A stretch of 64,000 bases of DNA. Source: Eledone cirrhosa. Lineage: Eukaryota. Location of the stretch: positions 107,136,001 to 107,200,000 of the forward strand of contig OZ024744.1 of NCBI GenBank assembly GCA_964016885.1. Direction: 5' to 3'. The translations under genes and the position numbers were made by a program. A model generated the notes under the pieces. The model was not told the origin of the DNA and made no database searches. It saw nothing but the letters and a program-made list of their open reading frames with translations. Below are positions 1 through 12,799 of this stretch, one piece after another (position 1 is the first letter of the stretch; each line of letters opens with the position of its first letter).

Positions 1-100
1 AAAGTCAACCTCGGCGGGATTTGAACTCAGATCGTAAAGGGACGTAACTATGCTGGAAAGCATGGCGTCCGACCCTCTACCGATACTGCCACGGCATGTT
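1..100 (-). mobile_element. tRNA-derived SINE, 5' portion
   Basis: B-box GAGTTCAAATCC on the minus strand; similar to the copy at 3555-3765. Confidence 0.65.
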
Positions 101-116
101 ATTGAACAAGTGTTTT

Positions 117-1800
117 TCATTCAAGCGTTATTTCTTCTATAGATAGATTATAAGACAATGCAATATTAAAGGCCATTAATGTTTTTCCCTGTTGATTATA
201 AACGTCTGACAACCAAGTTTTTAATGGTTTAGTGTTTCTCTTTTTTCTCGTTTTGTGGGAGGCTAAGAATGTGGACGTAGCTTTGTGGAGGCAACTAGAG
301 AATAATTCACTTTTTTTGTTAATTAGGGTTTCATAGTTATTAATAATCAACAGGGTCTCCATTGTACAGAGTGCGCAGTTATTTGATATACTGGAGTTGC
401 GGTAAATTCCACAGTTCCGAAGTTTAGTCCAAAGAATGGAGTATTTTAAATTCCTCTCTTTTAATGACCATATGAGCTGTGATAAAGATGTGGATGATTT
501 CCTCTTGGAGTTCGAGAAAGAGCATTTATGGTTCCCAAATCTGGCTTTAAATGTAGAAGACGTCGATCCTATGTAGTTGTATGTGTTGTGATCAGTTTTT
601 ACGGTGCATTTATAAACCAAGTTACTATCTAGACAATATTTTGCAAAGGGCAATCAGATTTATTTCTACAATTACATTTTGGTTTAGTATCATTTATGTT
701 AACTCTATTATTAAGATCATTATGCTGATTTTGTTTTAGGATTTTAGTGTTTAATTTGGCAATGTTTTGGGTCATGTTCATCGTTGTCGAATATGAGAAT
801 TTATGGTATGTCTATTTAAAATGGAATGGTATTTATGTTGAGTAGGGAAAGAGGTGTCCAAAGCGTTAAAGAATAATTTTGTAATTGGTGTTTTGACTGC
901 GACCGAGCGGGAGGGGGGGGGGGAGCATATGACTGATTTAGTTCTAGTTCTTATCCTAGATTTATTTGGTGTATGGGTGTTTAAATTATAATTATTAGAG
1001 TTTATCTTATATATGTTATTATTTTTATTAAGATGGATTATTATTATCTACATATTCTATATTATTCATATATCCTGCTCTTTTTAATGCGTTGTTGTAG
1101 TATTCAGCGTTTTCATTGAATATAGCTTTATTGGCTGATATTTTATTGATTTGTTTTTGCACACTATACTATATCCTTTGTTTACAGATTTAGGGTGATT
1201 GGAATAGTTACTAACATAGTTTAAGTTTTCATTGGGCTTATGAAAAGGGTAATAGAAGCCAGTGTTTAAGTTAAAAGTAACGTCAAGGAAATTAACTATT
1301 TTGGTACCATTTTCTACTTATAATTTAAGGTCGTACTTTTTAAAGAATTCTATTATACTTTTCTTTACTTTATTTAATTCTATATTGTTGTGTTTGACCA
1401 CGGTAAATAAAATGTCATCCCTATATAAACCACCTGTAATCACCGGCAGTTTTCTATTTATCATATTTAATATGAAAATTCCCAGAAGATCTGTGATTTG
1501 CACAGAATCGGATGCCCCCATAGTGATATCAAAGTTTCTATCTGAGCGGGTCCAATATTCGTTGTTGAAGTTAAGAGTTCTTCTAGCTGTTAGTATTATA
1601 TCTATTTTATCCGTGGTTATATCAGTATGCTTATAAGCATATGAAAGAACCTTATTTAGAAGGTTAGGTGTTATGGAAGAATAGTAGCTAGTAATGTCCA
1701 TCTGGATGAATTTATGGTTTTTCTTATCTTCTATATTCTTGTACCATTCTATGACTGTTTGTATCTTTCCATAAGCTCAAATTAGATCTCAATTTAAGAG
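117..1800 (-). mobile_element. Degenerate Penelope-like element (RT plus C-terminal GIY-YIG; Naiad-like motifs)
   Basis: RT motifs MDITSYYSSI, FDITMGA, GLYRDD (1318-1701); CNCRNKSDCPL linker, then a frameshift to LVY...YIGST...FKARFGNH...CALC..E endonuclease (117-653). Confidence 0.85.
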
Positions 1801-2020
1801 TGGGTAATATTCTATCTTTCCCTGATAAATTGTAGTATCATACATTTTAAAATCTCTATAACTGTTACATGAAGCAACGTTTTTCTTACTCACATTCTCT
1901 ATTGAATTTATTACGTTTTCACATTTTCTCATTATTAGGGTATAAATGTTAAACTTTCTCTTAGGTTAATCACTACCTTGATTAAATCTTAACTATTTAA
2001 CATCTCAGGGTATGTCATGT

Positions 2021-2090
2021 ATCATTATATTTTGTCTGATGAGGATGTACTGTTGTACATCTGAAATATGTATAATAAAATGTAATTGAT
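2021..2090 (+). ncRNA. Type I minimal hammerhead ribozyme motif
   Basis: Stem I attatattttgt/ataaaatgtaat; CTGATGA at 2036-2042; stem II ggatgtac-tgtt-gtacatct; GAAA at 2063-2066; short stem III t-atgt-a; AUA cleavage triplet. Lies next to a Penelope-like element. Confidence 0.75.
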
Positions 2091-2547
2091 AAAAAGAACA
2101 TCTATTTTATTAATATTTGTATTTTAATATATATATATATATATATATATAATCATTATCATCATCATTGTTTTTACATCTGCTTTTCCACTGTTATATA
2201 TATATAAATATAAATTCAATACACTATATATATAGTGTATTGAATTTCATAAAAAAGTTTATACCCAAAGTTGGCCGAGCACACAATCCAAGGGACAAGT
2301 TGTAATATACATAATTTGGTCAAGTTCACAACATTTATGGACAGATGATAGTGTGTGTGCGTGTGTGTGCAATTAACAATATTGTAGCCCAGTGTAACAA
2401 GTATCCATTTAAGGCAAGAGAAACAACCAACATTTAGTTCCAACCTTTCTCTACATTTTCTTTTATTTCTGTGTTACATCTGTTTAAATAAAAACTGAAA
2501 AAAGTGAAGAAAATGTTATTATAAAAGTTATTTTAAATTAATTACAG

Positions 2548-2598
2548 ACGATGGAGGATGAAAGACGTTTCAAAGAAGTAATGAATGCTGTGTTTTTG
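2548..2598 (+). CDS. Candidate exon of an unidentified convergent plus-strand gene
   Basis: ttacag acceptor, gttagt donor, 51 bp, open only in phase 0 (TMEDERRFKEVMNAVFL). A possible last exon lies at 2648-2716 (LILQTDPFPHHSDPQDFGGLES*) after a short 49-nt intron. Confidence 0.35.
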
Positions 2599-2863
2599 GT
2601 TAGTTTGGGATTTAATTATTTAATTATTATAATTTATTATTTTTCAGTTAATATTACAAACTGATCCCTTTCCCCATCACTCTGACCCACAAGATTTTGG
2701 GGGCCTAGAGTCATGAGTTCATCTTGGCACAAGATAATGTACTTGTGACTCTACACATCTCTCTCACACACACACATATACATATATAAATACATACGTA
2801 TACAGGCACACATATGCACACACACATTCTGTCTTTATATTATGTTCTGTTGCTGTTGCTTCA

Positions 2864-3291
2864 TTGATTGGTTGGTATGTTGGTTTGTTGGTTGGTTGGT
2901 ATGATGGTTGGTTGGTATGTTGGTTGGTAGGTTGGATGGTATGTTGGTTGATTGGTTGGTTGGTTGGTTGGTATGTTGGTAGGTTGGTTGGTAGATTGGA
3001 AGGTTGGTTGGTATGTTGGATGTTGGTTGGTAAGTTGGTTGGTTGTTTGGTAGATTGGTTGGTTGATTGCTTGGTATGTTGGTAGGTTGGTTGGTTGCTA
3101 TGTTGGTTGGTTGCTATGTTGGTATGTAGGTTGGTTGGTTGGTAAGTTGGTATGTTGGTAGGTTGCTATGTTTGTATGTAGGTTGGATGGTAGGTTGGTT
3201 GGTTGGTAAGTTGGTAGGTTGATTGCTTGGTATGTTGGTATGTTGGTTGGTTGCTATGATGGTATGTAGGTTGGAGAGTAGGTTGGTTGGT
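2864..3291. repeat. Degenerate (TTGG)n microsatellite
   Basis: ttgg/tatg tetramer run. Confidence 0.95.
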
Positions 3292-3554
3292 ACAAAACAA
3301 AAATTGCCAGGTGTGACACCGTCTTAATATATACAGGTTATTATCAACAGGATGCTCAAGTACTAAATCAATTTTTTTCTTTAAATTAATCAATTAATAG
3401 AAATTTTTTACAAGAGAAATTTGAAAAAAAAAAAGCAAAAAGAAATTGATTTTAACAGTTTTGTAAAATATTCCAAAATGTTACAAAAATAATGGTGAAT
3501 TAAGAAAATATTTGGAGGATTAAAAAAAAAAAACATTTTCAAATAATAATAATA

Positions 3555-3765
3555 ATGGTTTCTGATTTAGGCACAAGCCAACAATTTTTTGGGGAGGGGA
3601 CAATCGATTAAATCGACCCCAGTGTATTACTGGTACTTTATTTTATCGACCCCGTAAGGATAAAAGGCAAAGCTAACCTCAGCGGGATTTGAACTCAGAA
3701 CGTAAAAGGCCGATACTCTATGCTGCAAAGCATGGTGTCCGACACTCTACCGATTAGTGCCAATT
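3555..3765 (-). mobile_element. tRNA-derived SINE
   Basis: B-box on the minus strand (ggatttgaactc on plus) and an atcgaccccagt...ctggtactttattttatcgaccc body; fragments recur near 45180 and 63360. Confidence 0.7.
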
Positions 3766-3870
3766 AAAAAGGTTAAAGATCAGGCTGATATTTCTGTAAT
3801 TATAAATTATGTGAAGTGAAATTGTGAGATTAGTGTATAAAGTGTGAGACTAGAAATCTTAGCTTAGTGA

Positions 3871-4118
3871 AATTATAGACAAAGGTTACGACTATCTTAA
3901 ATTATAGACAAAGGTTATGACTATCTTAAATTATAGACAAAGGTTATGACTATCTTAAATTATAGACAAAGGTTATGACTATCTTAAATTATAGACAAAG
4001 GTTATGACTATCTTAAATTATAGACAAAGGTTTTGACTATCTTAAATTATAGACAAAAGTTATGACTATCTTAAATCAAGGACAAAGATTATGACTATTT
4101 TAAATTATAGAGAAAGAT
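3871..4118. repeat. 29-bp minisatellite, about 8 copies
   Basis: Unit aattatagacaaaggttatgactatctta. Confidence 0.95.
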
Positions 4119-4937
4119 TATTTTAAATGTAAGATTTCTTTATTGTTGTTGGCTTGCTAATTGAGGAGTGTCATTAACTCAGATTAAAGCTGGCATGTTT
4201 ATCAGCTGAAATATTTTTTGACTGAACAAAAAGTTGGTGAGATATTAGAATGAGATGTGTAGTCAATAACTGTTAGACCCTCCAACTGATATATTAGTTA
4301 GACATTTCTAATTTTCTAAGATATTAGTGTTAGAATTAATAATATATATATATATTGGCTGATGGCTAGCCCTGTTTTACTAATATGATATAATATAATA
4401 TATCTATAAAATATCTCTGTATGGGGCCACAACTCCTAGCAGTTTCGAAGAACCATTGTGATCCATGATGGGAATTCTAATCTGGCAGAGGAAATTAAAT
4501 AATTAATTTTAAAACATCTTTCTATCTTCCTGACTTATAACACTTACACACACATATATATATGTGTGTACGTGTACACATACAAACACACACATATATA
4601 TATATATATAATTGAACCTCTAGGATTTTACTAAAAATTATCTTAAATTATTTTATATTTAAAGCAAAATTTGTTGGAATTTATTTGTATAATTCACCTC
4701 TAATTATTCTCTAATTGGACTCATCGTTACTCTCTAATTAGACTCCTCGTTACTCTCTAATTAGACTCCTCGTTACTCCCTTATTTACATAAATATAAAT
4801 ATTTGGCAACTGCAAACTTTTTATGATTTGATTTTTAAATTTTGATTATTCCTGAGTTGAAAAAATAATAGGATGAGTTAAGGGTCATTCAGTGCTTAAT
4901 TATGAAGTACTGAAGTACTTGTTAATGATTGTTTGGT

Positions 4938-7190
4938 GGAAGCTGGTATAACAACTGTTAACTACCATACTACAGGGGGAGGCTGGTATAACACAACTGT
5001 TACCTCAACTACAGGGGGAAGCTGGTATAACAACTGTTGACTACCATACTACAGGGGGAAGCTGGTATAACACAACTGTTACCTCTACTACAGGGGGAAG
5101 CTGGTATAAGACAACTGTTGACTACCATACTACAGGGGGAAGCTGGTATAACAACTGTTACCTCAACTACAGGGGGACGCTGGTATAACAACTGTTGACT
5201 ACCATACTACAGGGGGGAAGCTGGTATAACACAACTGTTACCTCTACTACAGGGGGGAAGCTGGTATAGCACAACTGTTACCTCTACTACAGGAGGAAGC
5301 TGGTATAACACAACTGTTACCTCTACTACAGGGGGAAGCTGGTATAACAACTGTTACCTCAACTACAGGGGGAAGCTGGTATAACACAACTGTTACCTCT
5401 ACTACAGGGGGGAAGCTGGTATAACAACTGTTACCTCAACTACAGGGGGAAGCTGGTATAACAACTGTTGACTACCATACTACAGGGGGAAGCTGGTATA
5501 ACACAACTGTTACCTCAATAACAGGGGGAGCTGGTATAACACAACTGTTACCTCCACTACAGGGGGAAGCTGGTATAACAACTGTTGACTACCATACTAC
5601 AGAGGGGAAGCTGGTATAACACAACTGTTACCTCTACTACAGGGGGAAGCTGGTATAACAACTGTTGACTACCATACTACAGGGGGAAGCTGGTATAACA
5701 GAACTGTTACCTCTACTACAGGGGGAAGCTGGTATAACACAACTGTTGACTACCATACTACAGGGGGAAGCTGGTATAACACAACTGTTACCTCAACTAC
5801 AGGGGGGAAGCTGGTATAACACAACTGTTACCTCCACTACAGGGGGGAAGCTGGTATAACACAACTGTTACCTCCACTACAGGGGGGAAGCTGGTATAAG
5901 ACAACTGTTGACTACCATACTACAGGGGGAAGCTGGTATAACAGAACTGTTACCTCTACTACAGGGGGAAGCTGGTATAACACAACTGTTGACTACCATA
6001 CTACAGGGGGAAGCTGGTATAACACAACTGTTACCTCAACTACAGGGGGGAAGCTGGTATAACACAACTGTTACCTCAACTACAGGGGGAAGCAGGTATA
6101 ACACAACTGTTACCTCTACTACAGGGGGAAGCTGGTATAACACAACTGTTACCTCAACTACAGGGGGAAGCAGGTATAACACAACTGTTACCTCTACTAC
6201 AGGGGGGAAGCTGGTATAACAGAACTGTTACCTCTACTACAGGGGGAAGCTGGTATAACACAACTGTTACCTCAACTACAGGGGGAAGCTGGTATAACAA
6301 CTGTTACCTCCACTATAGGGGGGAAGCTGGTATAACAACTGTTGACTACCATACTACAGGGGGAAGCTGGTATAACAGAACTGTTACCTCTACTACAGGG
6401 GGGAAGCTGGTATAACACAAATGTTACCTCCACTACAGGGGGAAGCTGGTATAACACAAATGTTACCTCCACTACAGGGGGAAGCTGGTATAACAACTGT
6501 TACCTCCACTATAGGGGGGAAGCTGGTATAACAACTGTTGACTACCATACTACAGGGGGAAGCTGGTATAACAGAACTGTTACCTCTACTACAGGGGGGA
6601 AGCTGGTATAACACAAATGTTACCTCCACTACAGGGGGAAGCTGGTATAACACAAATGTTACCTCCACTACAGGGGGAAGCTGGTATAACACAAATGTTA
6701 CCTCCACTACAGGGGGGAAGCTGGTATAACAACTGTTGACTACCATACTACAGGGGGAAGCTGGTATAACACAACTGTTACCTCTACTACAGGGGGAAGC
6801 TGGTATAACAACTGTTGACTACCATACTACAGGGGGAAGCTGGTATAACACAAATGTTACCTCTACTACAGGGGGGAAGCTGGTATAACACAAATGTTAC
6901 CTCCACTACAGGGGGGAAGCTGGTATAACAACTGTTGACTACCATACTACAGGGGGAAGCTGGTATAACACAACTGTTACCTCTACTACAGGGGGGAAGC
7001 TGGTATAACACAACTGTTACCTCCACTACAGGGGGAAGCTGGTATAACACAACTGTTACCTCCACTACAGGGGGAAGCTGGTATAACACAACTGTTACCT
7101 CCACTACAGGGGGAAGCTGGTATAACACAACTGTTACCTCCACTACAGGGGGAAGCTGGTATAACACAACTGTTACCTCCACCATACTAC
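4938..7190. repeat. Minisatellite with 37-43 bp unit variants
   Basis: ggaagctggtataacacaactgttacctc(t/c/a)actacagggg and a ...gttgactaccatactacag variant, interspersed. Confidence 0.95.
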
Positions 7191-7446
7191 ATTTCTTTTG
7201 TTTTCTAAAAAAAAGATCCTTACCCCAGATATCACAAAATATGAAATATAAAGTTAAAGTATAAACTTTAAAAAAAAATGTATGAGTTTTCTTTATATAT
7301 GTATGTGTGGGTGTGTGTGTGTATATTTGTATGTATGTATGTGTATGTATATATATATATATGTGTATGTATGTAAGTATATATATATATATATATATGT
7401 AAGTAAGTACATATTTAATTTCATTTTACGTCAACTTTTCCCTGCT

Positions 7447-7493
<47 letters not shown>

Positions 7494-7495
<2 letters not shown>

Positions 7496-7813
7496 AGGCA
7501 CATGGCTTAGTGGTTAGAGCATTGGCCTTGCAATCGAAAGGTGAGTTCAATTCTCAGACCGAGTGATGTGTTGTTTCCTTGAGCAAGACACTTTATTTCA
7601 CATTGCCCCAGTTTACTCAGCTGTAGAAATGAGATGATAGGGACTGGGGTCCTTATCATTCCACTGTAAAGTGGCCGTGGAGGTACCACGGCAAAAAAAG
7701 CACCCAGCACTCACTGTAAATGAGGTTGGTGTTAGGAAGGGCATCCAGCTGTAGAAATCAAGCCAGAATCAGTTCCCGTCCCACCCTTGCAAGCAGGGAA
7801 AATGATGATGATG
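7494..7813 (+). mobile_element. tRNA-headed SINE with RTE-derived body and 3' tail
   Basis: A-box tggcttagtgg and B-box gagttcaattc; tail cccgtcccacccttgcaagcagggaaaa(tga)n matches the LINE 3' end at 34215; inserted in a (TA)n tract. Confidence 0.85.
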
Positions 7814-7814
7814 A

Positions 7815-7852
7815 TATATGTATGTATGTATGTGTGTTTATGTATGTAAGTG

Positions 7853-7883
<31 letters not shown>

Positions 7884-7968
7884 GTCTGTGTATGTAAGTG
7901 TATATATATATATATGTATGTATGTCTGTATATGTATGTAAGTGTATATATATATATATATGTATGTA

Positions 7969-8013
<45 letters not shown>

Positions 8014-8028
8014 ATATGTATGTAAGTG

Positions 8029-8061
<33 letters not shown>

Positions 8062-8199
8062 GTATGTGTGTATATGTATGTAAGTGTATATATATGTATG
8101 TAAGTGTATGTATATATATATATATGTATGTATATATGTATGTGTGTATATGTATGTAAGTGTATATATATATATATATATGTATGTATATGTATGTAA

Positions 8200-8255
<56 letters not shown>

Positions 8256-8272
8256 GTATGTATGTATGTATA
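7815..8272. repeat. (TA)n/(TATG)n microsatellite
   Basis: Simple repeat. Confidence 0.95.
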
Positions 8273-8552
8273 CGGAAATAAATGAAATCAACATGCCACT
8301 ACCATAATTGAAACTAAAGTGTAAACTATTGTTCTGTTTGTCTTACTCTAGTTTTCACTGACATTTCTAACTCACATTGTGGTTGTCTTCTCCAAAACAA
8401 TAATTATTATTGAAAGTGTTGTTGTGTTGTACAAAGGGAGGCTTGAGGTAGTCAGCATTGATAGCATCAAGATACGCTGACAAGGCATAGAGTGAGGCTG
8501 GTGGTGGTGGTGGTGAGGAGGAGGAGCAGGAGGAGGGATAACCCTCCCTCCT

Positions 8553-9795
8553 GCTCATCGAAGACAAACCTGGGGTCTGGAATATCCCCCCCCCCTCTCT
8601 ATCTAAGGACAAACCTTGCCTAGAATATCACCTCCCCCCCACTCTCATCTAAGGACAAACCTTGCCTAGAATATCACCTCCCCCCCTCTCTCATCTAAGG
8701 ACAAACTTTGCCTAGAATATCTCCTCCACCCCTCTCTCATCTAAGGACAAACCTTGCCTAGAATATCACCTCCCCCCCACTCTCATCTAAGGACAAACCT
8801 TGCCTAGAATATCACCTCCCCCCCTCTTCTCATCTAAGGACAAACTTTGCCTAGAATATCTCCTCCACCCCTCTCTCATCTAAGGACAAACCTTGCCTAG
8901 AATATCACCTCCCCCCCACTCTCATCTAAGGACAAACCTTGCCTAGAATATCACCTCCCCCCCTCTCTCATCTAAGGACAAACTTTGCCTAGAATATCTC
9001 CTCCACCCCTCTCTCATCTAAGGACAAACCTTGCCTAGAATATCACCTCCCCCCCACTCTCATCTAAGGACAAACCTTGCCTAGAATATCTCCTCCCCCC
9101 CTCTCTCATCTAAGGACAAACTTTGCCTAGAATATCTCCTCCACCCCTCTCTCATCTAAGGACAAACCTTGCCTAGAATATCTCCCCCCCCCCCACTCTC
9201 ATCTAAGGACAAACCTTGCCTAGAATATCTCCTCTACCCCTCTCTCATCTAAGGACAAACCTTGCCTAGAATATCTCCTCCACCCCTCTCTCATCTAAGG
9301 ACAAACCTTGCCTAGAATATCTCCCCCCTCCCCTCTCTCATCTAAGGACAAACCTTGCCTAGAATATCTCCTCCACCCCTCTCTCATCTAAGGACAAACC
9401 TTGCCTAGAATATCTCCTCCACCCCTCTCTCATCTAAGGACAAACCTTGCCTAGAATATCTCCTCCACCCCTCTCTCATCTAAGGACAAACCTTGCCTAG
9501 AATATCTCCCCCCCCCACTCTCATCTAAGGACAAACCTAGCCTAGAATATCTCCCCCCCCTCTCTCTCTCTCATGAAAGATGCCCCTAGCCTAAAATATC
9601 TCCCCCCTCTCATGAAAGATGCCCCTAGCCTAAAATATCTCCCCCCTCTCATGAAAGATGCCCCTAGCCTAAAATATCTCCCCCCTCTCATGAAAGATGC
9701 CCCTAGCCTAAAATATCTCCCCCCCTCTCATGAAAGTTGTCCCTAGCCGAAAATATCCCCCCCCCCCTCTCATCTAAGGACAAATCTAGCTAGAA
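8553..9795. repeat. ~44-bp minisatellite grading into a ~39-bp variant
   Basis: tctcatctaaggacaaaccttgcctagaatatc(C-run), then ctctcatgaaagatgcccctagcctaaaatatctcccc. Confidence 0.93.
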
Positions 9796-10088
9796 GTACG
9801 AGACATCTCCTCCTCACCACAGTACATCAAAGTACCTCATGTTTTGGCTGTTGGATGAAAATTAAGTTTTATTCCATTCCAATTCCTAGGAAATTATTAT
9901 TCGTCAAAATTAAAACCTTAAAAAAAAAACGTTTTTATATAAAAAAAATGGCAGGGTTTCTTTCCAAACATTATTTTTCATTTTTTTTTGTTTTCTATCA
10001 CAAACAAACTTTGAAAGGGAAGAAACTGGTAAGTTATTAAACATTTTCTATACAAAACACTTTGTTCAAATAAATAAAATGTTATCAC

Positions 10089-10119
<31 letters not shown>

Positions 10120-10560
10120 TAGTGTTGTCACATTGCAATCAGAACAATTATTTATATTTTTTGAGAATATAATCATAATAATTACAAATTCAACTCATAA
10201 TAAATTTTTAGCTTTCACTTCTTTTTTTAGGCAAAAAAAAAAGAAGAAAATAAATAAACAGGGAAGAAAATGATAAAAAAAAAAAGGTCCAACCATATTA
10301 AGAAAATATCTCTATTTCCATGTCCAACAAAATATATTTTTAGACCAGAAAATCCTGTGTCACTGGGATATACAACAAAAAAGTGAACATTTTAGCAGTA
10401 GAAAGTCTTGTATGAGACTTAAGGCATCAGCTATTAGTAGCTTGGTTGAAAGATTCTACTGCAGAATGGTTCCTTGAGGGAGAAACATCCTAATGGATGT
10501 CTCAGAAAGATAACTTGACAGGAATCCAGTTTAATTAAGAACTCTTTGAAGATAGGACTC

Positions 10561-10580
10561 TTAGTACACAGCTCTTTGGC
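10561..10580 (-). CDS. PPP4R4: PPP4R4-like terminal coding exon (GQRAVY*), followed by an A/U-rich putative 3' UTR
   Basis: Long pyrimidine tract plus ctccag acceptor; phase 1 gives GQRAVY-TAA. Confidence 0.62.
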
Positions 10581-10745
10581 CTGGAGATAAGTAGAAACAA
10601 AGAATATATAAATATACTTTTGCTCATAGCTTCGTATTTACGAGCACACACATACACACTTTTACTTACATATATACACACACATAAACTCTTAGCTTCA
10701 TACGGACGTATAACACACATACACGCTTACATACAAATATATATA

Positions 10746-10776
<31 letters not shown>

Positions 10777-10813
10777 GTATGTATTTATATAATCGGCAGA
10801 TTGTTAGAAATGT

Positions 10814-10985
<172 letters not shown>

Positions 10986-11062
10986 TTGTGATAAGTCTCT
11001 GAAAAGATCAGTTGTTGATATGTTTGTATGTGTAGCAGAGAGAAGGGATCCAGTGTCCTTAC

Positions 11063-11235
11063 CTTGATTATGTGAAATATTAGATGTAGAATATTTGTTA
11101 GAGGTGGTGGTGCTGGCAGCACTAGTTGTTGTTGCTATGGCTGTCATGGTTGTAGTAGAAGTAGTGGCGGTGGTAGTAGTAGTTGTTGTGGCGGTGGTGG
11201 TGATAGTTGAGCTTCTTCCACAAATTTTGCGAATA
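11063..11235 (-). CDS. PPP4R4: PPP4R4-like exon (173 bp, Thr-rich)
   Basis: tttcag acceptor, gtaagg donor, phase 2-1; the only open frame reads IRKICGRSSTITTTATTTTTTTATTSTTTMTAIATTTSAASTTTSNKYSTSNISHNQ. Confidence 0.68.
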
Positions 11236-12069
11236 CTGAAAATAATATTTACAGATAATAAATTTACTGGAAATAATTGTTTTAAACTCTTTAAACATCC
11301 TCTAATAAAAATAAGCTTGTTAATTCAAATGTTTATAGTATCTTTACTAGTGAACAGATTGTATGAAAGACCTCAATGTTTAATGTGATACAGTCATAGT
11401 ACTATTTTGTACTTTTCAACAATGTCTTGTTAATGTGGTTTCATGTGGTACAGGATGTTAAGAGTTAATGTGATACAGTCACACACTTGTTTTGTACTTT
11501 TCAACAGGATGTTAAAAGTTAAAATGGTATTTGGAATTCCTAACCCATGTCAAGAGTATGTTTACAAAAAAGGTCAGATTTTGACATATTTTGTATATTT
11601 CTGTTCAGTTAATTTTTTTTATAATAAAAGTTAGGACTTAATTAAATTTAATATTTAGTAAGAATATTGTTAAAATTACAAGTTATGGAGAAAAAAAATA
11701 CATGAAAATATTCATTAAAATATGTAAAAGAAACAACAAAAAACAGCAATTATTAACCTTCATTACCATATTTCTAATGAAAACTATTTCCTGTGATTTT
11801 CAAATGATTTTCAAGGATTTAGTAATATAACTAGTTTTCTCATTATTTAGTTGGTGTTTGGAACAATTTAAAAGTTTTTACATAAAATTTTGACAGATTT
11901 TTAGATAAATATAAACACTTTCAAAGAACCAAGGGTGGTTTTAGGCAGTTTCATATGAAAAGGGTTAATAATTTTGCTATAGAAACGAAATACAGAAATA
12001 TAAATATAAAAACAGAATAAATTCTCCCAGCAAAGACTCATTGAAATAATGTTCCAAAATTGAACTTAC

Positions 12070-12124
12070 TTATTTGAATTGGGTTTAATTCCTGATTTGG
12101 TTTGTTTCTGAATTCCAGCTGAAA
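12070..12124 (-). CDS. PPP4R4: PPP4R4-like exon (55 bp)
   Basis: Strong pyrimidine tract plus tttcag, gtaagt donor, phase 1-2; ISAGIQKQTKSGIKPNSN. It supplies exactly the phase change needed for the next exon. Confidence 0.7.
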
Positions 12125-12799
12125 CTGAAAAGTAAAGAATAGAGAAATAATGGTAAAAATATATTAATTTTGGGAAAATAATATATATATAATTTACATT
12201 ACTCTAAATATAGTATTGTATTTTTCCAGTAAAAGCTTTACCTCACAATTATTTCACATTATTTCAAATCTATGAGATCTTCATATTTATTTTGAGAACA
12301 ATATGTTAATATCAGTATGAGTGGCTGGTTCCAGCCAGTTTGAACAGAAAGAGGTGAGGAAGTTATGGCCAGATACGGCCGGTTTAAATTCTAAAGGGTT
12401 AATAAGTGAAAATGACATATCAGTGGTGGGTGTCAGGGGGGGTGGCTCTTTATTCACAGGGTGTATCATGATGATCATGATGACCATCACGACGACGACG
12501 ACACTGGGGATGATTGTAGTGGAAGGTGATGATGATGGAGGTCAAATTATTTACTCCTTGATAAAAAGATATAAATCAGAGCTGTTCTGCTAGAGAATGG
12601 GTTGCAGATGCTGGATAGCGACATGGCCACCAGATATAATGGTTAGTTGCAATATAAGTGGATCTGAGAAACGTACTGATTGGTGTGAATAAGACCAAAC
12701 ATCACTGCAACATATGAGGACTTTGAGGTTAAGCTCATATCTGACTTCAAATCAACAAATAATATTTTTCTCCACACCTGCTTTCAGAATGTGTCTATG

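Noticed and set aside
117-1800. Selenocysteine (UGA) recoding reported for some Naiad-type Penelope-like elements
   Set aside because: The Cys positions I could read are TGT/TGC and the ORF break near 650 is a frameshift; no SECIS identified.
4938-7190. CRISPR-like regular repeats with variable parts
   Set aside because: No unique spacers, no cas genes, eukaryotic context; an ordinary minisatellite.
7494-7570. tRNA gene
   Set aside because: A and B boxes are present, but there is no full cloverleaf and the sequence continues into a SINE body.
8367-8612. Minus-strand ORF with a GTGAGT donor (…ASLYALSAYLDAINADYLKPPFV…)
   Set aside because: No recognisable homology, starts within a minisatellite edge and has no partner exon; unsupported without transcripts.
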